This document shows positions 51,923-64,000 of a DNA stretch of 64,000 nt, piece after piece. The DNA is taken from NCBI GenBank assembly GCA_950097015.1, contig CATNEN010000003.1, forward strand, positions 10,974,001 through 11,038,000, in the 5' to 3' direction. Positions within the stretch are counted from its first letter, which is position 1. The number at the start of each line of letters is the position of its first letter. The position numbers and the translations under genes are program-made. The notes below the pieces were generated by a model. That model ran no database searches. It was not told the origin of the DNA and worked only from the letters and a program-made list of their open reading frames with translations. Source of the DNA: Macrostomum hystrix. Taxonomy: Eukaryota; Animalia; Platyhelminthes.

Positions 51923-52429
51923 TTTTCTGCTTAGGTCGAGAGTTCGAATTTTAGATACCAATTTGTATTTTTTCCTTTCGCTTTATCTCGACAATTTATC
52001 TCTAAAAGCAGAAAGCTGATAATGGATTTTAGACAGTCAATGGACTAAACGGTTGTACATCCTTCTGTCATTTGAATATGATAAGTGTATTTTTACAAAA
52101 ATGGCCCAGTTGCTACCGTAGCGTATTTTTCTATCGACGCAATCATTAATCCAATCCATTGATCCAAAATAGGCTAAGGTCAATTTTCACATACCCCACG
52201 CCTTCGTCACCCTCTGATCAGTTAATTTTTTTTTTTTAATTTACCCGAAAAAAGGATTTGAAAATTATCCCAGGCGCCCCGAGGCCGCTCTGCAGTTGAT
52301 CCGTAATAACAGTCACGTGACTGGTCTGAGCTCACGGTCACTTAGCTAATTGCCTAAAGGTGTATGAGTACCAGAAAAAGACACAGACTGGCTAGCTCAA
52401 TCTAGGGATTAGGGATTCCAGTGACAGAG

Positions 52430-54382
52430 GACTTCTGTGAATTGAAATTTCTTGGAATTAGGATTAAAAAAATAGGATTTCTGTGAATTGGGATTCCCGT
52501 GAATTCGGATTTCTGTGAATTGTGATTTCTGTGAAGTAAGATTTCTGGGAATTGTGATTTCTGTGAATTGGGATTTCAATGAATTGGGATTTCCGTGAAT
52601 TAGGATTTCTGTGAATTGGGATTTCAAAAAAAAGAATTTCTGTAAATTGGGATTTCTGTGAATAGGGATTTCCATGAATTGGGATTTTTGTAATTTGGAT
52701 TTCTGTGAATTGGGATTTCAAAAAAATAGGATTTCAGTAAATTGGGATTTCCGTGAATTGGGATTTCTGTGAATTGCAATTTCTGTGAATTGGGATTTCG
52801 ATAGGAATACAATTGGGAATACAATAAATTTAGATTTTTATGAATTAGTATTTATCGTGAATTGGGATTTCTATGAATTGGGATTTCTGTGAATTGGGAT
52901 TTCCGTGAATTGGGATTTCCAAGAATTGGGATTTCTGTGAATTGGGATCTCTGTGAATTGGGATTTCCCAGAATTTGGATTTCTGTGAATTGGGATTTCT
53001 GTGAATTGGGAATTCAAAAAATAGGATTTCTGTGAATTAAGACTCCCGTGAATTAGGATTTCTGTGAATTGGGATTTCCATGAATTGGGATTTCCGTGAA
53101 TTGGGATTTCTGTGAATTGGGATTTCTATGAATTGGGATTTCTGTGAATTGGGATTTCCGTGAATTGGGATTTCCATGAATTGGGATTTCTGTGAATTGG
53201 GATCTCTGTGAATTGGGATTTCCCAGAATTTGGATTTCTGTGAATTGGGATTTCTGTGAATTGGGAATTTAAAAAATAGGATTTCTGTAAATTGGGAATC
53301 CCGTGAATTCGGATTTCTGTGAATTGTGATTTCTGTGAATTAAGATTTCTGTGAATTGTGATTTCTGTAAATTGGGACTTCTGTGAATTGGGATTTCTGT
53401 GAATTGCAATTTCTGTGAATTGGGATTTCGATGGGAATACAATTGGGAATACAATAAATTGAGATTTTTATGAATTGGCATTTATCGTGAATTGGGATTT
53501 CTGTCAATTGGGATTTCTATGAATTGGGATTTCTGTGAATTGGGATTTCTATGAATTGGGATTTCTGTGAATTAAGATTTCTGTAAATTGTGATTTCTGT
53601 GAGTTGGGATTTCTTTGAATTGGGATTTCCGTGAATTGGGATTTCTATGAATTGGGATTTCTGTGAATTTGGATTTATATGAATTGGGATTTCTGTGAAT
53701 TGTGATTTCTGTGAATAGGGATTTCTATGAATTGGGATTTCCCAGAATTTGGACTTCTGTGAATTGGGATTTCTGTGAATTGGGAATTCAAAAAATAGGA
53801 TTTCTGTGAATTGGGACTCCCGTGAATTAGGATTTCTGTGAATTGGGATTTCAAAAAATAGGATTTCTATGAATTAGGATTCCCGTGAATTAGGATTTCT
53901 GTGAATTGTGATTTCTGTGAGTTAAGATTTCTGTAAATTGTGATTTCTGTGAGTTGGGATTTCTATGAATTGGGATTTCCCAGAATTTGGATTTCTGTGA
54001 ATTGGGATTTCTGTGAATTAAGATTTCTGTAAATTGTGATTTCTGTGAGTTGGGATTTCTCTGAATTGGGATTTCCGTGAATTGGGATTTCTGTGAATTG
54101 GGATTTCAAAAATAGGATTTCTGTAAATTGGGATTTCTATGAATTGGGATTTCTGTGAATTTGGATTTCCATGAATTGGGATTTCCATGAATTGGGATTT
54201 CCGTGAATTGGGATTTCTGTAATTTGGGATTTCAAAAAATAGGATTTCTGCAAATTGGGATTTCTATGAATTGGGATTTCTGTGAATTGGGATTTCTATG
54301 AATTGGAATTTCCGTGAATAAGGATTTCTGTGAATTAGGATTTCTGTGAATTGGGATTTCTATGAATTGTGATTTCTGTGAA
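52430..54382. repeat. Diverged 16-bp minisatellite (GAATTGGGATTTCTGT)n
   Basis: Tandem periodicity. Confidence 0.95.
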
Positions 54383-55364
54383 CTACAATAGCTCCAACTA
54401 ATTATCTGGTGTCAAGAAATTAACATAATTGTTTCATCGATTTTCGGCGACATGATCCCATTCCGTCACACTGCAAGCGTGTTTTTTCGTTCTTCAACTT
54501 TTTCACACAACGCTCGGTTTTACAAATTTCCCAGCCCAGCAACTATAGCTCGTAATTTCTGTTATTCCATAATTTTTATTAATCTTGCTGCTGCAGCTGC
54601 AAGGATAGAAATTGTAGCGAAAAAAAGTTTTTATAGAGATGATTGCAATAGAAAGTGCAAATTATTTTTTTGGTTTGTATTTGGATCAGAATTCAACGCG
54701 CATTGACTAAATGAGGAAAAACTGGCTGAAGGGAAACATTGCTTATTGTAACACCTGCCTTTAGAGCAAAGTTTCATCTAAAAACTTTCCCGGGTTGTTG
54801 GGTTGGCAGTTCCGACCCTACACGCCATCAACTCTATCTCCCAATGCGTCTACTTTTTTTATACCAACGCTTTTTGCATAGCAGTAGAGAAAGGATTGCG
54901 AAGTTCATTTCCTAAACACGATGTGTGAGTCAGCATCGAGCTATACGAGCTATAGGGGGGCCATTGGATGTGAATACAACAGATCCGGGAACATCTTTTC
55001 CTGTGCAAACCAGAAACTTTGCCAAAACTTGTGTCGTCTTAGTGTGTGTGAGTGTGTCTGCTCAGTCTTATGTTGTCACATCTCATCATCCCATTGCGTA
55101 CTCGTACCATTTTAGTCTCCATTTATAATGCGGCCTAAAACATACACGCTCAGTAGGACATAGTTCTAACAAGCTCCTTCTTTATCTAGATGCCATAGTA
55201 ACTACATTTTTATCGCTGAGACAATCTGCTTTCAATTCCTGGACCAGATGTGGCTCTCCCCCTCCTGTGTGTTGGCGGTTATTTTTCAGGGCCGCAACAA
55301 AGAAGAGACATGTCACTCGTTGTCTCCTTGACTGTATGTCGTTTAAAAGACAAAATGCATTCAT

Positions 55365-57763
55365 AAATGTCACTAGCATGAAGTGTCATTAAAGTGTCAC
55401 TAGCTTGATATGTCATAAAAGTGGCACTAGCTTGAGGTGTCATAAAAGTGTCACTAGCTTGACGTGTCATAAAAGTGTCACTAGCTTGATGTGTCATAAA
55501 AGTGGCACTAGCTTGAGGTGTCATAAAAGTGTCACTAGCTTGAGGTGTCATAAAAGTGTCACTAGCTTGACGTGTCATAAAAGTGTCACTAGCTTGATGT
55601 GTCATAAAAGTGGCACTAGCTTGAGGTGTCATAAAAGTGTCACTAGCTTGACGTGTCATAAAAGTGTCACTAGCTTGAGGTGTCATAAAAGTGTCACTAG
55701 CTTGATGTGTCATAAAAGTGTCACTAGCTTGATGTGTCATAAAAGTGGCACTAGCTTGAGGTGTCATAAAAGTGTCACTAGCTTGAGGTGTCATAAAAGT
55801 GTCACTAGCTTGATGTGTCATAAAAGTGTCACTAGCTTGATGTGTCATAAAAGTGGCACTAGCTTGAGGTGTCATAAAAGTGTCACTAGCTTGAAGTGTG
55901 ATAAAAGTGTCACTAGCTTGAAGTGTCATAAATGTCACTAGCTTGAAGTGTCATTAAAGTGGCACTAGCTTGAAGTGTCATAAAAGTGTCACTAGCTTGA
56001 AGTGTCATAAATGTCACTAGCTTGACGTGTCATAAAAGTGGCACTAGCTTGAGGTGTCATAAAAGTGTCACTAGCTTGAGGTGTCATAAAAGTGGCACTA
56101 GCTTGAGGTGTCATAAAAGTGTCACTAGCTTGAAGTGTGATAAAAGTGTCACTAGCTTGAAGTGTCATAAAAGTGTCACTAGCTTGAAGTGTGATAAAAG
56201 TGGCACTAGCTTGAAGTGTCATAAATGTCACTAGCTTGACGTGTCATAAAAGTGGCACTAGCTTGAGGTGTCATAAAAGTGTCACCAGCTTGAAGTGTCA
56301 TAAAAGTGTCACTAGCTTGACGTGTCATAAAAGTGGCACTAGCTTGACGTGTCATAAAAGTGTCACTAGCTTGACGTGTCATAAAAGTGGCACTAGCTTG
56401 AAGTGTCATAAAAGTGTCACTAGCTTGACGTGTCATAAAAGTGTCACTAGCTTGACGTGTCATAAAAGTGTCACTAGCTTGATGTGTCATAAAAGTGGCA
56501 CTAGCTTGAGGTGTCATAAAAGTGTCACTAGCTTGACGTGTCATAAAAGTGTCACTAGCTTGACGTGTCATAAAAGTGTCACTAGCTTGATGTGTCATAA
56601 AAGTGTCACTAGCTTGATGTGTCATAAAAGTGTCACTAGCTTGATGTGTCATAAAAGTGTCACTAGCTTGAAGTGTGATAAAAGTGTCACTAGCTTGAAG
56701 TGTCATAAATGTCACTAGCTTGAAGTGTCATTAAAGTGGCACTAGCTTGAAGTGTCATAAAAGTGTCACTAGCTTGAAGTGTCATAAATGTCACTAGCTT
56801 GACGTGTCATAAAAGTGGCACTAGCTTGAGGTGTCATAAAAGTGTCACTAGCTTGAGGTGTCATAAAAGTGGCACTAGCTTGAGGTGTCATAAAAGTGTC
56901 ACTAGCTTGAAGTGTGATAAAAGTGTCACTAGCTTGAAGTGTCATAAAAGTGTCACTAGCTTGAAGTGTGATAAAAGTGGCACTAGCTTGAGGTGTCATA
57001 AAAGTGTCACCAGCTTGAAGTGTCATAAAAGTGTCACTAGCTTGACGTGTCATAAAAGTGGCACTAGCTTGACGTGTCATAAAAGTGTCACTAGCTTGAA
57101 GTGTCATAAAAGTGTCACTAGCTTGAAGTGTCATAAAAGTGGCACTAGCTTGAAGTGTCATAAAAGTGTCACTAGCTTGAAGTGTCATAAAAGTGTCACT
57201 ATCTTGAAGTGTCATAAAAGTGTCACTAGCTTGACGTGTCATAAATGTCACTAGCTTGACGTGTCATAAATGTCACTAGCTTGAAGTGTCATAAAAGTGG
57301 CACTAGCTTGAAGTGTCATAAAAGTGTCACTAGCTTGAAGTGTCATAAAAGTGTCACTATCTTGAAGTGTCATAAAAGTGTCACTAGCTTGAAGTTTCAT
57401 AAAAGTGTCACTAGCTTGATGTGTCATAAATGTGTCACTAGCTTGAGGTGTCATAAAAGTGTCACTAGCTTGAAGTGTCATAAAAGTGTCAATAGCTTGA
57501 TGTGTCATAAATGTGTCACTAGCTTGAGGTGTCATAAAAGTGTCACTAGCTTGAAGTGTCATAAATGTCACTAGCTTGAAGTGTCATAAAAGTGTCACTA
57601 GCTTGAAGTGTCATAAATTTCACTCGCTTGAAGTGTCATAAAAGTGTCACTAGCTTGAAGTGTCATAAAAGTACCACTAGCTTGAAGTGTCATAAAAGTG
57701 CCACTAGCTTGAAGTGTCATAAAAGTGTCACTAGCTTGAAGTGTCATAAATTTCACTCGCTTG
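55365..57763. repeat. 27-bp minisatellite (TGTCATAAAAGTGTCACTAGCTTGAAG)n
   Basis: Tandem periodicity with 25-bp deletion variants. Confidence 0.97.
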
Positions 57764-58201
57764 AGGAATTTTTTAGTTCACTATACTCTGGATTGAAATA
57801 CAAATTAGTATTTTGCTAATTTATTCATTAGCAAAAATGGTTTAGAAATTAAGTTATTTTGTATTTGCAAGCTAAAATGACAAAAGCTTGAGATTAGGAG
57901 GCTTAATCGACCTACTAATGTTCAATAATAGGATCGCCAGCTATTAAAATATTCGCTTGGCAATATCCATAAAAATATGAGTAGAATACAGCCCACTTAG
58001 GAATATGTTTTACTAACCCGTCATCAATTTTCACTCTTCTCGTCTTCCACCACCACTTTAGTTAGATGGCTACGAGTATAAGTGTACGGAAGCAAGCCAG
58101 CCTACCCTGATCTGCACTCCGCTTGGACCGAGTTCTTTTACGTATTAGCTAGGCTCGGCCATAGGGTTGCAATGCCTCCCCCACACCAGTTTTGTCACTA
58201 G

Positions 58202-58205
58202 CAAT

Positions 58206-58236
<31 letters not shown>

Positions 58237-58250
58237 TCAGTCAATCAGTC
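58202..58250. repeat. (CAAT)n microsatellite, possibly a retroposon tail
   Basis: Simple repeat following a GC-richer segment. Confidence 0.7.
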
Positions 58251-58683
58251 GGGCATGAACAGTTTCTGCAGTTTTGGTCCTTCGCTACGGAATTATTTAA
58301 ATTGGAAACTTTGCTAGTATGTTAGCCTCCCCTTGTCCATGGACTGAATAGCTGTACGCAGACTTTGAATGCCATCGTAACAAGTTGCGGCTGTGGCCAT
58401 GACTGTACGTCTAACCTGTAGAGCGAAAAATTCTGTTGACAAAAAAGAGTTATAATTTTTCACAAAATCAGAAAGACAAGCTTTTAAAAAGAAAAACAAA
58501 TTTATTCTTTGCTTTTTTTTCTTTTCTAGTCAAAAAGGTTGCCTTTGATGAGGAAATTTTAGGGAAGATAAGCAGGATTTGTGCTTAAAAGCCAACTCAA
58601 ATATTACCCCAGGAAAATCAATCAGATTAAAAATCACAAACTAAAGACATTGTTAGAAGCTGTACAAAGGGCTAAAGCAACTT

Positions 58684-58782
<99 letters not shown>

Positions 58783-58791
58783 TGATAGATT

Positions 58792-58834
<43 letters not shown>

Positions 58835-58859
58835 TGATAGATTGATAGATAGATAGATT

Positions 58860-58946
<87 letters not shown>

Positions 58947-58958
58947 TGATAGATAGAC
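58684..58958. repeat. (GATA)n microsatellite
   Basis: Direct. Confidence 0.98.
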
Positions 58959-59799
58959 AGAATTTCAGCCACATGTACTTATAGATCTTATCTGACTGCG
59001 GTTCGATTTCGTCAGTCGGCGAGTCCAGAACAAAAGCAAAGTTAAGGAGAAAAAAAGTTGAAATGCTACTTCTTAAGCAACTTGAGTTGATCAAATTCGA
59101 GTATTGAAACATGAGTAGGGTATGCAGAGGCCAAGTTGATATTCTAGCCTCACAGATGCTCAGGAAGCCCTTATACAAGCATGGTATCGTTAGCCTAAAA
59201 AAGGGCAGAAGCAAAAGGCAATTACAATTGATACGCTTGACAGATTGTAAATGGACTCCTTGAAGGCGGCCTTTTGTGCAATTTTTTATAGCCTATCGTA
59301 GTTCCACACGCGGTTTGTGCATTAATCTAAAATATATTCCCTTTGGCTTAGCTAAGCACCATAGTAGTATAGTAGACTGTTGACAGTAGAAAAGCATTTT
59401 CTATGCCTAGTTGGCAAGGCAACAAGCAGATCGAGACTCAAACGAAGACTACTCCCAAGCCTGAGTATAGTGTGCCAATGATTCCTTTGAGTTCGGCCGT
59501 TTTTCACCCTCCCCTATACCTCTCTGTTGAGTATGGTTTGGAGGATGAGTCGTCAGATAGATGAAGTTGTTTGGAAGATGAGACTTGCTTGGAGTTTCGA
59601 ATTGTCTGTCTAAAAATCGAGTTAAAACACTTTTCTTTTGTCTAAAGAACGAGATTTCAAAAGGCACTGCCTCAGTTTGATTGGCGGCAAAAGTACTCTA
59701 ACCGAGTTCTGTGTACTTTTGGCTGGTAGTCAGTTAAAGTGCATCGTTACGAAGGCTTTAAAGTAAGAGTTTTTCAGATAGTGTTAAGACTGTTGATTT

Positions 59800-60280
59800 T
59801 CTACATCGAAATTTCTTCTGATCGGGATTTCCCTAAAACGGGATTTCTCTCAATTGAAATCCTCCAGTCGAACTTTCTCTCAATCGGTATTTTCTTAAAT
59901 AAAGATTTCCCTCGATCGAGATTCACGATCGAGATTTTCCACCAATCGAGATTCCCCCGACAAGATTCCCCCTGGATCAGAATTCCATCGATCGGCATTT
60001 CCCTAAGGATTTCATAAGATCCTTATGAAGGACATTGAAGGATTTCCGTCCTTCGGGATTTCCCTTCATGGGATTTCCCTTCATCGGGATTTCCCTTCAT
60101 GGGGGATTTCCTCTATCGGCATTTCGTTTAAATCTGTGCTTTACTAAATTTAGATTTCACTCCTCCATTTCGGGTTTACCTTTTTCAGACCCTACTAATA
60201 ACGAATTCCCACAATCGGTGATTTCAATCCCAGTTTCTCTCAATCAAGATTTCCCAGAATCGGAATTTCTCAAATAGGAT
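59800..60280. repeat. Old, degenerate repeat of ATCGGGATTTCCC-like units
   Basis: Recurrent motif with high divergence. Confidence 0.6.
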
Positions 60281-60879
60281 TGACATTTCAAGGGTCTCCG
60301 CCACTCCAGACTAGACTCTTAAACTAAGAATGTCGAGAAACTTTGCTATTGAGAAAAGGACGATAGAAAGAAAGAATTTGAAATGCAAATTTCCATCCAT
60401 TCCAAAATTACAGTCCGTCTGTAAATACGAGTACATGTACTAGGCTAAGTAATTTTATGCTTGATAAAAAATATTGCTGTTTTTTTAGAATCGAATTTGA
60501 AAAAGCAACTGATCCGTAAGTAGATTGAGAAGCAATAAAAGTTACTATAGTTACTCTAAAAGTTAAGCTGATCATCTAAGTTTCAAGATATGAAACCCTA
60601 GATACAACTGGGCATACTCCAACGAGTTTTTATTAATTTTCCTACTTTTTTACTTGTTACAGTCGTGTCTTTATAATAATAATAGTGCTTTACATAAACT
60701 CTTTATAGATTTTTACTTACGCAAAGCCTTGCATTCAACTAACATTAACAAAATTATTTTTGTGACATTTTCACAATTAATATTAATATTAACTTAGGAT
60801 ATTTATCAAAAGGCTTCGTTGGTTTACAATTAAATTTAGGATATATACTTACACGGTATGATCAAACAGCATTAAAATA

Positions 60880-62030
60880 AGGGATATTTTATCCCAAGAT
60901 ATTATAGATGCCATTTGGGATACTTTTTTCGACGGTACGATACAGACAATTAGGGATATTTATCCCACGTATTAATAGCCACAATTCGGGATATTTATCC
61001 CACGGCATGATTGATACCATTCGGGATACTTATCCCACGGCATGATTGATACAATTCAGGATATTTGTCCCACGGCATGATTGATACAATTCGGGATATT
61101 TATCCCACGGCATGATTGATACAATTTAGGACATTAATCCCACGGCATGATTGATACAATTCGGGATACTTATCCCACAGCATGATTGATACAATTCGGG
61201 ATATTTATCCCACGGCATGATTGATACAATTCGGGATATTTATCCCACGACAGGATACAGTTAGGGATATTTATCCCACGGCAGGATACAATTCGGGATA
61301 TTTATCTCACGGCAGGATACAATTAGGGATATTTGTCCTACGGTATGATACAATTAGGGATATTTATCTAGAATGAAATAGATACAATTCGTGATATTAA
61401 TCCCACGGCATGATTGATACAATTAGGGATATTTGTCCCACGGCATGATTGATACAATTCGGGATATTTTTCCCACGGCATGATTGATACAATTCGGGAT
61501 ATTAATCCCACGGCATGATTGATAAAATTCGGGATATTTATCCCATGGCATGATTGATGCAATTTGGGATATTAATCCCACGGCATGATTGATACAATTC
61601 GGGATATTAATCCCACGGCATGATTGATACAATTCGGGATATTTATCCCACGGCAGGATACAATTAGGGATATTTGTCCTACGGCATGATACAATTAGGG
61701 ATATTTATCTAGAATGAAATAGATACAATTCGGGATATTTGTTCCATTGATTAATAGATGAAATTTGGGAAATTTATCCCATGGATTGATAGATGCAATT
61801 TGGGACATTTATCCCATGGATTGATAGATGCAAATCGGAATATTTATCCCACGACATGATAGACAAAATTTTGGATATTTATCCCACGGATTGATCGATA
61901 AAATTTAGGAAATTTATCCAAAGGTATGATGGTTTTAATTCGGGATATTTATCCCACTATTATCAATCCAATTAAGGGAATTTTCTCCCGCTGTACGATC
62001 CATCCAATTAGGAATATTTATCCCGCGACA
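60880..62030. repeat. 35-bp minisatellite with an internal palindrome GGGATA-TT-TATCCC
   Basis: (GGATATTTATCCCACGGCATGATTGATACAATTCG)n; diverged edges. Confidence 0.93.
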
Positions 62031-62784
62031 TGCAGCTAGTTGACCGCACGCTTTGTAGAAACATTTAGCAAGCATTAAAAATATCATCTCATTAGGGTTA
62101 TATCTTTTTTGACTAGCGAAGTCCTACTTATCCCAAATGCCAATGCCAAATCTGCAATATTTAGCGACTAAATTAGCGGGACAAATCCTCAAATTGATGT
62201 GACCTCAAACATAAAGGTGAACCCTCATAACTATTCCATTGTAAACTAAATATCAAGTTAGAATTTCTTATCCTCATATATATTTTCTCACCTATAAAAA
62301 TTATATTTCTAATTATACTCAACCTGTTCTCACAGACGCACTCACGCGACTCAAAGCTAATCGCCCTATTCTCTCCGCATTAATTTATAGTTAATATAGA
62401 AATTAAGAATGCCAGTTTCGGAAGTTAAAAAAGAAGAATGAAGGAAGGAAATTCGGATTCTTAAAAGCAGGAAGTCTTAGAGCAGGCGTTCCATTCGCTG
62501 CGTGGCATATAGCAATCTTTATAAGCATTTCTACCTGAAAGAACTGACTGAAAAACTGTGCGCCTCATTTCTGGTCCTATAATTTCCTTTTCTTCTTAAA
62601 CTATGAAGAGAAAAATGTCGGAAGATGCTGAGAATGATGAGGTAGGGCTTTTTTAATGAGAGACCGCCTCCGGGCTGTGTCTAAAGTGAGATTATATTTA
62701 GATAATAAATTCGCACTTCCATTTTTTTAAACCCCCCTAAAGTGTTGGATCTAAGAGCGAATGGCGCGAGAAAATGCGACCAGA

Positions 62785-63562
62785 CAATCGAAGCAGAATA
62801 CGAAGATGGAATCGAGCCGGATGATGAATCTGGAATTGAAGCAGATGTCGGAGCTGGAATCGAAGCAAAAGACAAAGCTCGAATCGAAGCAAAAGACGGG
62901 GCTGGAATCGAAGCAAAAGACGGAGCTGGAATCGATGCAAAAGACGGAGCTGGAATCGAAGCAAAAGACAAAGCTAGAATCGAAGCAAAAGAAGGAGCTG
63001 GAATCGAAGCAAAAGACGGAGCTGGAATCGCAGCAAATGACGGAGCTGGAATCGAAGCAAAAGACAAAGCTGGAATCAAAGCAGAAGACGGAGCTGGAAT
63101 CGAAGCAAAATTCAAAGCTGGAATCCAAGCAAAAGACGGGCTGGAATCCAAGCAAAAGACGGAGCTGGAATCCAAGCAGAAGACAAAGCTGGAATCGAAG
63201 CAAAAGACGGAGCTGGAATCGAAGCAAAAGACAAAGCTGGAATCAAAGCAGAAGACGGAGCTGGAATCGAAGCAAAAGACGGAGCTGGAATCGAAGCTAA
63301 AGACAAAGCTGGAATCGAAGCAAAATTCAAAGCTGGAATCCAAGCAAAAGACGGGCTGGAATCCAAGCAAAAGACGGAGCTGGAATCCAAGCAGAAGACA
63401 AAGCTAGAATCGAAGCAAAAGACGGAGCTGGAATCGAAGCAAAAGACAAAGCTGGAATCAAAGCAGAAGACGGAGCTGGAATCGAAGCAAAAGACGGGGC
63501 TGGAATCGCAAAAGAAAAAGCTGGAATCGAAGCAAAAGACAAAGCTGGAATCGAAGCAAAAC
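62785..63562. repeat. 24-bp minisatellite (GGAATCGAAGCAAAAGACGGAGCT)n
   Basis: Tandem periodicity; 1-bp deletions shift the frame. Confidence 0.93.
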
Positions 63563-63859
63563 TCTAATCAAACCATGAGACAAACTGCATGAACACGCAT
63601 TTGGTAAATACGAGAGTTTCCAATTTCAAACAAACATGTGTGAGCGTGTCTGTTTTTCGTCTCACAATGCTACTGAAAAGCGGCTTTGTACTGCTGCACA
63701 AAGAATTAAATTGTCAGGCGGAAGCCCTGCATATATATCAATTAATCGCTATATTAATGCTATTTTACAACTAGCTCCTATTATACATATTTTGAGCTAA
63801 AAGCACAGATAAAACAATATTTCAGATAAATATGACAGATTATGTATACTGTTTCTCCG

Positions 63860-64000
63860 TAGATTTTATCATTCGTCGATTTTCTCATTTTGTCAAATTT
63901 ATCATTCTGTCGATTTTCTCAATACGTCGATTTTCTCATTTTGTCGACTTTCTCATTCCGTCAATTGTCTCATTCCGCCGATTGTCTCATTTTGTCGATT
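63860..64000. repeat. Start of a short-unit minisatellite (GTCGATTTTCTCATT..)
   Basis: Runs off the window end. Confidence 0.8.

Noticed and set aside
62681-63542. Repetitive EAKDGAGI protein
   Set aside because: Frame-shifting 1-bp deletions within the array, no ATG start in that frame, and open on both strands.

Overview
Eukaryotic (metazoan) genomic DNA with GT-AG introns, poly-Gln coding tracts and roughly 40% tandem repeat by rough tally. This suggests a spiralian, possibly a Macrostomum-like flatworm (inference only). Manually spliced genes: the 5' end of an Mcr/TEP-family macroglobulin (-), an orphan ORF (+), an intronless divergent Cys-loop ion channel (+), a 3-exon two-TM protein (-), a Bsx-like homeobox gene (+), a divergent TALE homeobox gene apparently spliced to an upstream 2xC2H2 zinc-finger exon (-), a divergent PH+PTB (DOK/IRS-like) adaptor (-) and FoxC (+). 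Most long ORFs in the supplied track are translations of minisatellites, not genes. Mobile DNA includes a decayed RTE-like LINE, two tRNA-derived SINE families, a hAT-type MITE family (3 copies) that carries an internal, variably expanded 16-bp minisatellite, and a 50-bp perfect palindrome with an 8-bp target-site duplication (TSD). The most notable signals are the MITE-borne and locally born minisatellites, the putative ZF-TALE gene, the chemoreceptor-like Cys-loop gene, and a tandem B-box array inside a FoxC intron.
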